A DNA stretch of 64,000 nt from Lama guanicoe (lineage: Eukaryota): contig MU053994.1 in the NCBI GenBank assembly GCA_013239625.1, forward strand, positions 747,775 to 811,774, in the 5' to 3' direction. Below, one piece after another: positions 23,451 through 37,529 of this stretch. Positions within the stretch are counted from its first letter, which is position 1; every line of letters starts with the position of its first letter. Made by a program: the position numbers and the translations under genes. Below the pieces are notes generated by a model. That model worked only from the letters and a program-made list of their open reading frames with translations. It did no database searches and had not been told where the DNA came from.

Positions 23451-24129
23451 CTGTAGCCAGATGGTTTTAACCTGTGGCGTCACCTCCCTCGTGTTGGAGA
23501 AGGCAGTGGTTTCTAAAGTAAAATTTTATGACTTTCTGCTACAGTCACGTGCTCTTTCAGTGCCCTACTTCATACGTGGCCAACACTCCTATGCTCCTCA
23601 GAAAGTCATGTTGATATACAGAAGTCATCACACGTCTGGCAACATGTACAACTCTTTGCAGTTTCCTCTGTTAATTCTTGTTGTTACTCATTTTTGGAGC
23701 ATTTTGTGTCAAGTAAAGATGGCGGCATCTAGGAACAAGGAAGACATTTGATGGATTATGCATCCTAGCTGAAATAATTCCTTTCTTGACAGCATTGAAC
23801 AAAACTTCCAAGGCTTGCATTTTGAATTATATTGCAATGTGACTGCCATGGCTGTTTATCTCTCTCTTTGGAATCAGGTAAACAGGTGTGTCTCCACTTT
23901 GAAAACCTCACTATGAAATCCCATAAACGTCCACATTTACAAATCAGATTCTAATAGCTTCTTTGATTTCTGAAATTTTGTAGTGCAGCTCCAGGATATA
24001 TAAATTGAGGACGGACAGGTCCAAAGGCAGGGCATTCTATTTGTAAAGAAGCAGCAGAAGGCAGGTGGGGATTACTGGGAAGAAAATTTGCACTTTTCTC
24101 AATCATTTAATGTAGTATTTAAAAATCTT

Positions 24130-25055
24130 TCACACATCTACAAATCATCTAGTGGTCTTGTTAAAATTCAGATTCTAATTTAGCAGATCTAGAGTGGGCC
24201 CCAGAAATCTGCATTTTTTTTAACATTTGAGAAAAAAAATTTTTTTAAATTTTTTATTTATGTGTAGTTGATTTACAATGTTAGTTCCAGGTGCACAGTA
24301 AAGTAACCCAGCCACACATATACATATGTATACACATACTTTCCTTCCAGTTTCCTTTCCACTATATGCTACCACAAGAAAGAAACTGGATACAGTTTCT
24401 TCTGCTATACAACAGGTCCCTACTGTTTATCCATTCCAGATATATAGCAATGTGTGTCTGTGAATCCCCAACCCCCAAGCCATCCCTCCCTACCCTTTCT
24501 CCTTTGGCAACCATAGGCTGCCTTCTATGTCCGTGAGTCTTTTTTTGGTTTGTAAATAGAATTTGTATCATTTTTTAGGTTCCACAGATAGTGATATCAT
24601 ACCCCATGAGTGAAGATATTTGGCTTTCTCTATGTGACTTACTTCACTTAGAATGACAATCTCCAGGTCCATCCGTGTTGCTGCAAATGGCATTATTTTA
24701 TTCTTTTTTATGGCTGAGTAGTATTCCATTGTATAAATATACCACAACTTCTTTATCCAGTTTTCTGTCAGTGGACGTTTAGGTTGCTTCCATGTCTTGG
24801 CTATTGTAAATAGCACTGCTGTGAATATTGGGGTGCAGGTGTCCTTTCAAATTATAGTTCTCTCCAGATATATGCCCAGGAGTGGGATGGCTGGATCATA
24901 TGGTAAGCCTATTTTCAGCTTTTTTAAGGAACCCCACACGGTCCTCCATAGTGGTGGCACCAATTTACATTCCCACCAAAAATCTGCATTTTTAAACAAG
25001 TTCCCAGATGATACTAGTGGAAATGCTCCATCAGTCACACTCTGTGTAGCAAGGG
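24130..25055. mobile_element. MER5-type hAT element split by an antisense L1 insertion
   Basis: CTTGTTAAAATTCAGATTC..GGGCCCCAGAAATCTGCATTTT on the left; AACAAGTTCCCAGATGAT on the right. Confidence 0.7.
24219..24979 (-). mobile_element. 5'-truncated lineage L1, antisense
   Basis: ORF2 C-terminus [30 protein letters not shown] (ORF 24568..24816); poly(T); TSD AAATCTGCATTTTT at 24205-24218 and 24980-24993. Confidence 0.92.
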
Positions 25056-26514
25056 ATTAACTTGTGGGAAAGTATAAGTAGTTTCTAGAAACAGTAAAGG
25101 AAATGGCTAGTAAATGTAACTATGGACAATTTAATGAATTCAGGATCTAGTACTCAGAATATGTACAGAACACCAACAAATCAAGAAGAAAAAGGCAAAA
25201 GATAAGAAATAAAAAAATGAGCAAAGGGTATTGCATTAACAGAGATAAAAATTCAAATGCCCAATAAACCTGTAAAAAGATTTTCAACCTTACTGGAAAT
25301 GAGAGTGAAAAATAAGTAATAATGAGATAACACTTTAAATTCACATTGTTAGCAAAAGTGCTAACATTAATAACTGTTTAGGAATACAGGAAACTTGCTA
25401 TTGAGGGTGTAAATTAGTACAATCATATCAGAAAATAAATTGCCAAAACTAAATAAAGTTGAAAAGATAACCTGTCCCAAAGAGGCATACATGATGTTCA
25501 TTTCAGCATTGTTTATTCTAGAAAAAAGTGAAAATAATTGAAATGTCCATCAGTAAATGAATGGATAGACTTTATTCACACAGAGGAATATCATATAGCA
25601 GTTATGATAAATAAACCAGTTTTACATGTATGGACATGAAGAATTCTCAACAACTTAATCTTGAGAAAAATAAAATTATGTGCAATATGATGCTATTTTG
25701 TGTTTAAAAACATACAGTATGATCATTCATGGGAATGATAAACATCATATTAGGGAGAGTCATTTCCTCTGGAACAGGAAGGAAGGGTGAAGGATGAATG
25801 GTGAACATTGTAAGTATCAGTAATGGTTTGCTTTTGTCAAAAGAAGAGAGATCTAAAACATATGGCAAAATGTTAACGTATAAATCAGAGTGGTGGTATA
25901 TGAGTGACATATTATTTTCTGTGCTTTAATGCACAATTGAAATGCTTTGAATCAGAAACAACACAATTTTTCCCCTTAAGTCAAATTGACTGGGGCATAA
26001 TTTACGTAAAGTAGATGCACCATTTAACAACCACCCTAAGCCAGATATGTATTTCCCTCCCCCACTTCCACCTTCTAGGAAAAAACCACCATTCTGACTT
26101 TTCATCAGTCATAGATCAGTATTGTCTTTTGTACAGTTTCTTTTGTCTGGTTTCTCTCACTCAGCATCATGTTTCTGAGATTATTTCATATTGTGTATAT
26201 TGATAACTTGTTCATTTTTAAGGATATAACTTTATTTATCCATTTTCTTATTGATGGACATTTGGGTTTCCAGTTTGGGGCTCTAATAAACAAAGCTGCT
26301 GTGGGGTTTTTTTGTGGACAAAGCTCAAACTTCTTTTGGGTAAACATCTAGTGTCCTTTGTTAGTTTATGTACTTGAATATTTTCTCTTGGCCTATGGCT
26401 TGCCTTTTTCAAATTTTAAGGAGAAGAAAAGGAAAATATAAGTAAAAAGAACACAAACCCTCCAATGGACAAAAGCAGGGAGCTTGTACCAAAAACTCCA
26501 AATTTTAAACATTT

Positions 26515-27303
26515 GAAAAGATGCTCAATATCACTAATTATCACTAATTATCAAAGAATTACAAATCAAAACTACAATGAGGTATCACCTCACACAAGTC
26601 AGAATGGCCGTCATTCAAAAGTCCATCAATGACAAACGCTGGAGAGGCTGTGGAGAAAAGGGAACCCCCCCCCCACACTGCTGGTGGGAATGCAGTTTGG
26701 TGCAGCCACTGTGGAAAACAGTATGGAGATTCCTCTAAAGACTAGGAATACACTTACCATATGACCCAGGAATCCCGCTCCTGGGCTTATATCCAGAAGG
26801 AACCCTACTTCAGGATGACACCTGTACCCCAATGTTCATAGCAGCACTATTTACAATAGCCAAGACATGGAAACAGCCTAAATGTCCATTAACAGATGAC
26901 TGGATGAAGAAGAAGTGGTATATTTATACAGTGGAATACTACTCAGCCATAAAAACCGACAATATAATGCCATTTGCAGCAACATGGATGTTCCTGGAGA
27001 ATGCCATTCTAAGTGAAGTAAGCCAGAAAGAGAAAGAAAAATAAACTTGTGGTTGCCAGGGGTGAGGGGGTGGGAAGAGACAGACTGGGAGTTTGAAATA
27101 TGTAGATACTGACAGGCATATGCAGAATAGATAAACAAGATTATACTGTATAGCACAGGGAAATATATACAAGATCTTGTGGTAGCTCACAGAGAAAAAG
27201 AATGCAACAATGAATATATGTATGTTGATGTATAATTGAAAAATTGTGCTCTACACTGGAAATTGATATAACATTGTAAACTGACTATAACTCAATAAAA
27301 AAG
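26515..27303 (+). mobile_element. 5'-truncated lineage L1
   Basis: ORF2 C-terminal [19 protein letters not shown] (ORF 26832..27044); 3' UTR similar to that of the L1 at 1-3352; AATAAA tail. Confidence 0.92.
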
Positions 27304-27424
27304 ATAATTAACTCTACTATTAAAAGTGCAAATAAAACAATACAATTTATTTACTGATTTTTCCTATTAGACTGGCAAGGTTTAAGAAGATTGTCAGGAT
27401 CTAGTTAGCAGGAGAAATAAGCAC

Positions 27425-27425
<1 letters not shown>

Positions 27426-27473
<48 letters not shown>
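27426..27473. repeat. (TTA)n microsatellite
   Basis: Direct reading. Confidence 0.95.
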
Positions 27474-27475
<2 letters not shown>

Positions 27476-28149
27476 CAGTATGTGGGAATTCAAAAAGATA
27501 TGACCTTTTCAAAAGGCAATTTGGCAATATAAATTATATATACATATTTTTAAAAGGCATATAATTCTTACTCATCATAACCACTTCTGTAGATAAGTAC
27601 TTCTAGAATTTTTTCTACAGAAATATACAAAGTTGTGTCAAAAATATGTACAAGGATGTTTATTGTGGCATTGTTTGAGTAAGAAAAAAATTAAAGACAC
27701 CTAAGTGACTTCAATAAGCCAATGAATATGTTAATTATTAGGCTTCCGTACAATGGAATACTATGCAACCATGAAAATCAGTGTAATAGCTTTCTGTGTA
27801 CTTATATGGGAAGATATCTAAAGGTCAAATTTTAAGTGATTGAAAACAAGCTGCAAAATAATATGTAGAGTATTATCCCATTATATGAAAGTAAATTAAT
27901 ATATATGAATACATGGGTAGGTTTGATATACACATAGGTAAAAATTTGGAGCAATGTTTACTGTGCTATTTTGTAGTAGTTACCTCTAGGGTGTGGAATT
28001 AGAGGGGCCTTCTAATGTCTAAGTCACACATATCTATATGGTTTTAACTTTTTTATAATGAACACAATTTGCTTTTTCAATCAAAACAAAAAGGTTTAAA
28101 ATGAAAAATAATAAACCAAAAAACTAATAGAAGCCAACATACTAGCCAA

Positions 28150-28395
28150 AATTTAATGAGTATTTATGATGTGGTAGAGACATTTCTAAGTACTTTACAT
28201 ACAGTAACTTATTGAATCCTCACAAAACTCTCTGGGGTATATTTTATTGAGCCTCTCCATTTTACAGATGAAGACACTGAGGTCCAGAGAGGTTAAGTAA
28301 CTTGCTTATGGTCAAAGAGTTAGTAAGCGGTGGAGCCAAGATTTGAACCCATACCTGTCTGTCTACAAGACCCTAACTCTTGAGACTATGCCATC
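28150..28395. mobile_element. MIR SINE
   Basis: CCATTTTACAGATGAAGACACTGAGGTCCAGAGAGGTTAAGTAACTTGC core. Confidence 0.85.
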
Positions 28396-31300
28396 TGCCG
28401 ATTGAGGAAAAATTAAAATATGTTAGGAAGGGAAAATGTATGTTTGAAGATCCTAGTTCATAATAATCCTGAACAGATTGGCTGCCCATTGATTTATGTA
28501 CAAGTTTTGAGCGTCAAGTAGTAATGATTTTGTTTCTTTGTTGGTTTTATTGGATACCAGATACCTGATTGAGGCCTTCTACCTACATCATCCCTTCTGG
28601 CTACAAAATATATCTGCAAACTCATGTCTCATAGTCTCCTTTATTACCTCTGTGCTCCAAAACATCATTACCTCTCACCTGGAGTACCTCCATCACTTCT
28701 TAACTGGTGTCCCTGCGTCCATCCTAACAGTCTTCACAACCCAGGAGAATCCAATCCTTTTAAAAAATAACCCTTTTAAGGGCATGACATGCTTTCCTCT
28801 TTTCAAGACCCTCCAATGGCTTTCTTACTCATTCAAGTAAAAGCCAAAGAAAGTCCTAACAATAGCGTCCAACATCCTGCTCTCTTATCTCACTGAGCTC
28901 ATCTCCTATCCCAAATCTACAAGCAAGGAATCATTAAATCACTTTACAGGTGTTAATGACCTGTAAGTGATTCTATTAGCAAATACTGAACCAGGAATCA
29001 AACTTAGTTTTATCTGACCCTGATGACTGGATTCCCTGCATTACACTATGCTCTAATAAAATGGTTATTTTCACAGGAATATGAGCATTATTTTTGCTAG
29101 ACATAGCTTAGACATCCAAATAAGATTTCTCCTTCTTTGGGAGGTCACTTAGACTAGTATTGCTGAAATTTCTGAGAACATGCTTTGACTCTTTTGGAAG
29201 AGACTCCAGAGCTTGAGTTACGTTCTTGTAAAAAGCCATGGAAGTGAAAATCCTAAATCTGTGTACTTGTATTAGATTTTACAAAACAGATTTATATTGA
29301 AGAATAATTTGGAACTTAAATTGATGAAAAATAGAAAATATTTTCAAGAAAAAATATGCTTTGGGTGACAAATAAAGAGTGACTAAAAAGAAATGGATCT
29401 GATCTGGTGGCTCACTAACTCAGGAAACAATTCTGAAAGAAGAGTTGTGAGGGATATATGGCCATAGTGGAATGACTGGGTAATTTTCTAGATGACTACT
29501 TTTAAGTCTCATGTAATGTGATGATAATGGCTTAGTTTACTGGGCTCTCATTTGTGCCAGACATTGGTCTAAGCATTCTATGTATTCATTATTTAAATTT
29601 GCCTGTTACAGAAGTGAAACCTGAGGTACAGAGAAGTTAAGTGAACCAAAGTTAGCTAAAAAGTGTCAAGGCTGAGATTTGAACACATGCCGTCCAGTTC
29701 CAGACTCTATGCTCCAAACAACTACACTAGACCACCTTTTGAAGGAGCACAGAGCAGTGGTCTTCAAACTTTGAGATGGCACATCTTCATTCATAACGAA
29801 CCAGAAGCCAGAAGACATAAGAGCTCATTCATGTAGCCCATGCAAATCAGCTTTCCTGGGTAGATAGCCCTTCAAGCTCTCAGCTGGTGCACAGAATCAG
29901 TGAGAAGAGGGAGGAATGAGGCTCAGAAAAAAATAAAGGCCGAGATCGAGAAAAGCTACCCTGCAGAAGCGATACGATATACAACTCTACTAATATATTA
30001 CACATATTGTAAAACATACACAAAAAGATTTTAAATGATGAGCTAAAAAATAAACATAGCTAAAAGTTCTAATATTTGGTTTGCTTTACCAAGATGGATT
30101 GTTTTGAGCATCCCCTGGGTGGAGGGGAAGGGTTGTCACATACCTCAATTTAGAAAATATGTTTGAGAGAGCATGGTTTTGAATTCTGGCTTTACCACTT
30201 GTTACCTGAGTCATCTGGGCACATTGCTTACTGTTTGGCTCTGATTCTTTACCTGTTAAATCAGGATAACTCCTAACTTGCAGGATTGTGTGGTTTACAT
30301 GAGATGATATAGTGCCTGGCTTTCTGGAAGCTTTTTACATATGATTTACTTTCCCTCATAATTTTAATTCCCACAATTTGCTTCATGATCTGTGTTTTTA
30401 AAATGCCACTACTATGTACATCCTCCTATAATGGAGCTGGAGGCAGCCCTGCAGTTAGACTTGGTGCACCTAGATGGAGCTAGATTAATAGCTTTTTCAT
30501 GCTGCATCCTTCCTAACATGGGGCAGCTGTGTCTCTCTGACAGTGAAGAAAGCCGTGGAGGAGACGGGGAAGAACCGACACGCGTTTTACTTTGTGCAAA
30601 ACACCATAGGGGCTGGGAGGGAAGGACGACTTAATGACTGTCCAGACACTTAAAAAAATGAATGGCTTGACTGTTAGCAATTGTATGTCTGTGAACAAAA
30701 GTTCCTTTTAACATGAGCTGTTTGCCATTGCCCTTTGTGATTGGGAATCAGGCTTGAAGACTCTAAGCCTATTTCGAAATATTTTTATCTGTGCCTTTCC
30801 ACGGGTAACTTTTCCCCAACTGGGTCCCTTGGCTATATTCAGTCTCATTTATTGCAAGTCACTGAAAATTCCACCTTTGATCCCAACTCTGGGCCTTTGT
30901 TCCTTCCCTCCCCTCCTGTCAGAAAGCTAAGACTGTCGAGGTTTCTTTGGCACAGAGCTAACTAGAAAATCAATGTGCTTGAAGGCCTACCAGTCAGGTT
31001 TCTGACAAACAGACAACACCTTTTTAATATGAGAATTTGAAGTGGGTTTATTTACAAAGGAATAAATTTTGAAGGGTTGGAAGGGGGCTGGGGCACAACC
31101 ATAAGGCATAGTGCAAGGACCCAGGTTAACAGCAGTGGAACTGTTACTATCCCTTGGCCCAAAGAGATGGAGGGATGGAGAGTTCATTAGAACTTAGAAG
31201 GAGAGTTGTATAAAGTAGGCCACCTTGAGAGGAACAGTGAATTTCTAACGAGGAACAGCCAACCTATGGCCACCTCATGGGAAACCAGGAGAATGAATCT

Positions 31301-32659
31301 GCTGACTTCACCCTTCTCCCTCCCTCCATTCTCCAACTGGGATTCCAATGGCCAAAGCCAACCAGAAGCTAGAAGACCCCAGAGCTCGTTGATGAAACCC
31401 AAGCACATCAGCTTTCCTGGGTAGATATCTCATACTAGGGGCTATCAGCTGGTGCAGAGAATTGGTGGGAAGACTGGGGAATGAGACCGATTTAAAAAGG
31501 CAGAGATCAAGGAAAGCCACCCAGCAGGAGGAATCTGACTAGGACGCCACCGATGGATGAAACCACTGCTTTCACTATGCTTCTAATCTCATCCCTTCAC
31601 CTTTCGGTTACATTCTTGAGAGCAAAGTCCTGGGCGGGAGCATCCAATTGGCTAAAGCTAGTTCACCCTCTTTGCCAAGGGGTGGGGACAGGAAACTCTG
31701 CCTCCTTTGGCTTCCCTGATGGGAACTGAGCTGCTGGCTTCTTTTAAGACTCGCACATTTGGGGATTTCTAGATGTTCAGAAAGAGCTCAAAAACAAAGC
31801 AATTTTCTGTCTCCTCTAGAAAAAAGACAAATCTCCATTAACAAATGACCTAAATATCCTTTATAATTTGCCACAGTAAGACTGTCAGACAAGAGTACAG
31901 AGATTTGGTTTTTATTTCCAATTGTTTGTCTTTTCTCTCTCATTTCCTCCCTTCCCCATTTCCTGATCTTAGGAAGGTCCCTTTATCTCTCTAGATCTTT
32001 ACACAAGAAAGCAGGACTAAGATCTTCAAATCTAGTTGAGGGTTCAAATGTTGGCCAGCCAAGTAATATAATAAGTCCACTCAATAGAAGACCTTAATCA
32101 ATGTTTTCCTGATAGAACACCTAAACTCTTGGGCTATTAATATCTATATTGAACAGGTATTTCTTCCAGTACAATTTTGGTTTTTTTCAGCTGTTATTTA
32201 TATAGGAAGCATTTATATGTATGTCCTTAAAATGCAGTGTAACTGTTTTTTAATGGATAGAGTAATAAATGAGACAGACATAAGAGACTCGTACACTGTG
32301 TGCTTTTTGGTGCGTATTCACAAGAGACATCAATATTTTTTCTGAGAAGCCCACCCACATTTTTCTCGAAACCTTGTCCCCCAGTCTTTAATTTTATTCC
32401 TTCTATGCCCCTAATCATCCGGCCAAACCATTAACTACTGCTCATGAATTGGTATAGACCCATGCCTCAGGGCTTCTCCCCCTCAAGGTAAAATGCCAGT
32501 GAGGTATACGGCTTGAAGTTTTGCCCCCAGGAGCACTTCCCTTCTTTACCCCTTGGATTCAATTATAGCTGCTCAATCTACAGTGAATCTTGAATTATTG
32601 GATTCAGACCAATCCAAAATTACATTTCTCATCCTCAATCAAGCATCCTTATACTCTAT

Positions 32660-32661
<2 letters not shown>

Positions 32662-32727
<66 letters not shown>
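32662..32727. repeat. (CA)n microsatellite, interrupted
   Basis: Direct reading. Confidence 0.95.
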
Positions 32728-34982
32728 TTCCCAGAGTTTTTCCAATATAAATTAGAAATCCAGGAGTTCTTTGGCCTTCTCTGGCTTTTGACTTTGTCAC
32801 TGCCACTCCTTCCCACAGGGTCATGCTGATATCTGACAATCTTGGGGATTGGTGGGGAAGGATGAAGAGAACTGGCTTCACCTTGCAAGGTAACTCCCTC
32901 AAGTAAAGGAGTATCTTCAATCAAGGAAAGGACAGTTTCATCAGACAAGCTAGGAGAGATTGCTTGAGCTGACAAGGGAGATTGAATGAGAATTAAGGGT
33001 TCAGCATTCTTAGGGCCTTCTAAATCCTCTCATATATTTCCATGTCAATTTCCCAGCCTTCAGTCTAACCCAAATAATGCCACAATATGCACCTAAGAAA
33101 CTTGTCAGGGCTGGGAATACCACTGATATTGTAATTCATCAGCACACAGGATCAGACCAAAGTCTGAGTTTATCTTTGGCCATCTCAGATCAGCGGAGCC
33201 AGATGACTTTTTTCACCATCAAGCTATTCATTGTAAGAAGCAGCTATCTCACTGGCTGTCATTGAACTCTACATGCCCTTCAAACTATTCTCCTTAAATC
33301 ATAGTCTCATTCAGCATTCCAGGTGACCATAAGCAATGGTTTAATCAGCTGTTTTGCCACTGTATTTCTAAAGGGGAGTTTTGATGTCAGTCAACCAATC
33401 CTGATTTTATCACTTTTCCCTGAGGGTCAGCCATCTGTAACTCGCTTTGTGGTAACAATTTCTGAGTCAGAGTTCTTGGGGTTAAAAAAAAAAGATTTAG
33501 GGGGAAATCATCAGGGAACGCATGGAATTAATGGACAGTCTGGAGAGGAATGGAGAAAGAGGGGAAACTAGGGAGGTTAGGCAGCAGGAGACTCGCTTAG
33601 GACGTTACTGCTGACTTTGCTGAAGTACACAGCCACCACTGGGCCTAGTCACTAGGGCAAGAGTGTGCTAGTCACTGAACATAGGCAGAAATGCTGGTAG
33701 ATTACAGCACAATAAATATCATCTCCTGGGCTCTTTTTCTTTAGTCCTTCAAGATTCAAAGCCCCACGTAAGAGCATCTGCTGGATCACGTGCCCATGAC
33801 CTGGCTTTGCAGGATGGGGGAGAGAGGGAGGGAAGGGTTTTACACTAAGACTCTACCAATACTCACTCGATGAGAACTGGAGGGGGTTTTGGATGCTGGG
33901 CAGTGAAAATCTCTCGTTTTCTGTCAGTCAGCCATAGAAAGAGCTTTCACTGGGCGTCCAGAAGCCATTTTCTATGTCTCACTCTCTCACTTGCTTTCTC
34001 TTTCTCCTTCCCTTGCCTGATTTTGAGAAAAATCAGTGTACTTCCTTAGTCCTCTGGAGGAGGGAGTTGGACTAACATATTTAGGGTCCATCCATGTCTA
34101 ACTCTATGATCTCAGACCTCTCCAGAATCTAGTAAGGAAAGTACTATGCTTACAATGAAAGTTTAATAAATGCAGAGTCTAAGATCTTTCCTTTTATCTA
34201 ATGAGTAGTTTTAAATGATCGTTTTGAACCCAGTTTCTCCTTGTAAATGGAACTTCTACATATGTCAGCAGGTCATAGTATTTATGGAATTCCTCCTATA
34301 GTATTAGATACTGAAGCATTTTGACCTTACTCGCTTTTTGACATTTCATGTTGATTTTAATAGCTCCCTCAGTACCCGGCCCCCTCCCAAATTAAAATGC
34401 ATATAAAAATCAAGGTGAACCTTAGGGAGAACAGTGATAAAGGAAGTTAATATTCCAGGAGGCCTTAGGGTCTTATCAAGGTTGATGCATCAGTTTTACT
34501 TTAAATCTCTTATCTATCTAATTATTTCACCACTTTGATTAAATGAAGCTAAAATTGGTATTGATGAAAAGAGAAAGCACAATCAAAGAAGCAGATAAGC
34601 AAATAATTGAACGCAAATAACTTTTAATTATACTCACTTAATAATGTTAAGGAATAGTGTCAGGTGCCAACATTACTTTGTCAAACCAAAGGGCAGTGCC
34701 GGGATATAAAAGAAAAAATATCACAGAATGTTTTGAAAATTGTAGTCAATTTCAAAATCATTAAACACTTTTATATGAATTTGGTTCCAAAACGACCCTG
34801 TCTCCTGGGTCGTGAATATGTTCAGACTGTCTAATGGAAACCCAATTCTTTGCATGATTCCATATGTATTAATCATTTGTAGAATCCTATTAAATTCCCC
34901 AGGCTTCTCCAAACACAAAGAAATAAGTGGACTTCCAGGTATGGCACTGACACCTGATTAGTTTAAAATGCTGTCCTATTTG

Positions 34983-35651
34983 AGAATTAACATATGATCC
35001 AGCAATCCCACTCCTGGGCATATATCCGGAGGGAATTCTAATTTGAAAAAGTACATGCACCCCAGTGTTCACAGCAGCACTATTTATAACAGCTAAGACA
35101 TGGAAACAACCTAAATGTCCATGGATAGATGACTGGATAAAGAAGTTGTGGTATATTTATACAATAGAATATACTCAGCTATAAAAAATAAAATAATGCC
35201 ATTTGCAGCAACATGGATGGACCTGGAGATTGTCATTCTAAGTGAAGTAAGCCAGAAAAAGAAAGAAAAATACCATATGATATTGCTTCTATGTGGAATC
35301 TAAAAAAAAAGACACAAATGAACTTACAAAACAGAAACAAACTCACAGACAGAGAACAAACTTACGGTTACCAGTGGGTAAAGGGGGTGGGAAGGGATAA
35401 AACGGGAGTTCAAAATTTGCAGATATTAACTATTATATATGAAAAAGATAAACAACAAGTTTCTTCTGTATAGCACAGGGGACTATATTCAATATCATGT
35501 AGTAACCTATAATGAAAAAGAATATGAAAAGTAAAATACATATGTATATGTATGACTGAAACATTATGCTGTACACCAGAAATTGACACAACATTGTAAA
35601 CTGACTACACTTCAGTAAAAAAAGAAAAACCATAATAAAATAGAATAAAAT
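34983..35651 (+). mobile_element. 5'-truncated L1 with imperfect 18-bp TSD
   Basis: ORF2 end plus 3' UTR plus A-tail; TSD AAAATGCTGTCCTATTTG (34965-34982) and AAAATGGTGTCCTGTTTG (35652-35669). Confidence 0.9.
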
Positions 35652-37529
35652 AAAATGGTGTCCTGTTTGGAATCATAATAGGAAAACTAGCAAACAGCTT
35701 TCTCTTTAAGTTGATTAAACAGTTTCTTCTAAACTCAATAATGCATTGGCTCTTTGCCCTCTACCTAATCCAAGGTTATCTGGATTATTTATCCTCTCTG
35801 TCCTGTGTCCTGCTGCTATGACGTAGGGGGCATTGGAACAAACACCTGGTAGTGATATAAACTAACTCATACATGTAGGAGAGAAAGGGACAGCACATTC
35901 ACTGCAAAGAGCTCGCAAGTGGGGGAAGATCATGATGTGCCTATTTTATTCCAATATGGACTTGGCAGAATGGATTGCTGATGTCTCCAGTCATTTTATG
36001 TTAGTTGATGAGGGACACCTACTTTAGAAAATGGCAGGATTGTTTTCGTGTCCCTCATTGCTTTGACCAAATAGCCTATCGATGTAAATTTTAACTGGCA
36101 AAAGGAGCAGTGGCCATGGTAGCAAAGAGATTTGATGATCCATTTTTATGATACTGTTTTGTTATACTGGAAGGCAATAGTGGCTCTTGGCCTTTATAGA
36201 GTCCTTTGTATTTTCTAAGCCCTTAACAATCATTAATTAATTTATCTCCTTTTCATCTCAGATGGGATAGGTTGGTCAGCATGGCAAGGTTTCAGAAGGA
36301 AAATTATCAGACAATAAAAGATTAGAAACTTGAACAGTTAGGCAGTTGAAGTACTGAGTGCAAATAAAGTCCCTGGTTTTCCCATCATATTTAGAGGGAA
36401 AAGGAAAAGAGAGAAGAAAACACATCATAGGTCCTCAGTGAGAAGCGTCGTTTTTGTTTCTTATTTTTGATTAGTTTAGAGGACTATGGTGAAAAAAAGC
36501 AGGGCACCTCTACACTTTTATTTCTAGGAAAGTGACTATAATAAGCCAACAACTGGGACAGGAGTGGGGGCTCTTACCATGCGTACTGATGGGAGTAACC
36601 AATAAAAGCTAACATTTATTGAACCCCGAGCCAGGTACTGTGCTATGGTACTCTATATCCATGACCACACTTCATCTAAACAACAAAGCCATGACATAGG
36701 AGTTGCTAGTACCCCCAGTTATAGAAGAGGAAATTGAGGCTTAGGGAGGCTGAGGAATTTGCTCATGATGAAGAGCTCTCCAGCAGTAACGGACTGACTC
36801 CTACATCACTAGATTAGGTCTCCTTATATTGCTTCCCAGGTGATTGGTTTATTCCTTAATGGTAACACACTGCGTAACAATCGAGGATCACCAGACAATC
36901 CATGAATTTCCTGATTCTCTAACAGAAGGGATGCTGAACTCCAGTGAAAGAATTCTGGAGGATGAAATGGTAATGGTAAGTGCCCAATCCCCACAACTCA
37001 GACTCCAAAGACTCAGAAAAGCTCCAGGAAAAGGGCTTGTTTCTCTCTTGTTTTGGAGACAAGATTCCCATAGTTTATCTTCCATACCCTGGGTAGGTCC
37101 CATGTTTATAAGCTGCAAAATTGTTACTAGTGGAGTAGCCTTAAGAGAAGGCCGTGTTTACCTATTTGCTTAAGGTGAGGGCAGAGCCCTTGTTTAGTAG
37201 ATGTGGCCAAATACAAAAAGGCAGATCAAGAGGACTTCTCAAGTAGTATCTGGAGAGAGGTACCAACCACAAACATGACTGTAGCTTTCACCAAGAACTA
37301 GAAATGGGCAGGGAAGGCATTCACTAAGCAGTGGTTTTTGAGAATATTCAGTATGCGTGTCCTAAGCCCAAGGGGAGAATATCGCTACGGAACTTATTAC
37401 TGGGACAGTGCTTCTAAACCAAGCCCTGGGCAGCAGCAAGCAATGCCAATAGCCTCACAGGGCCCCCAGATCACTCAGACTCTAGAAGTATCTGGCAGTC
37501 CTAGGGAGCCTCAGAGATAATTGTCGAGA

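Larger units (their letters stand above)
25150..28110. mobile_element. Cluster of old L1 (L1ME/MC-type) fragments in both orientations
   Basis: Degenerate AAATGTCCATCA..GAATGGATA motifs (25540-25570, 27650-27780); antisense TTGATGGACATTTGGGTTTCC (26250-26270). Confidence 0.6.
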
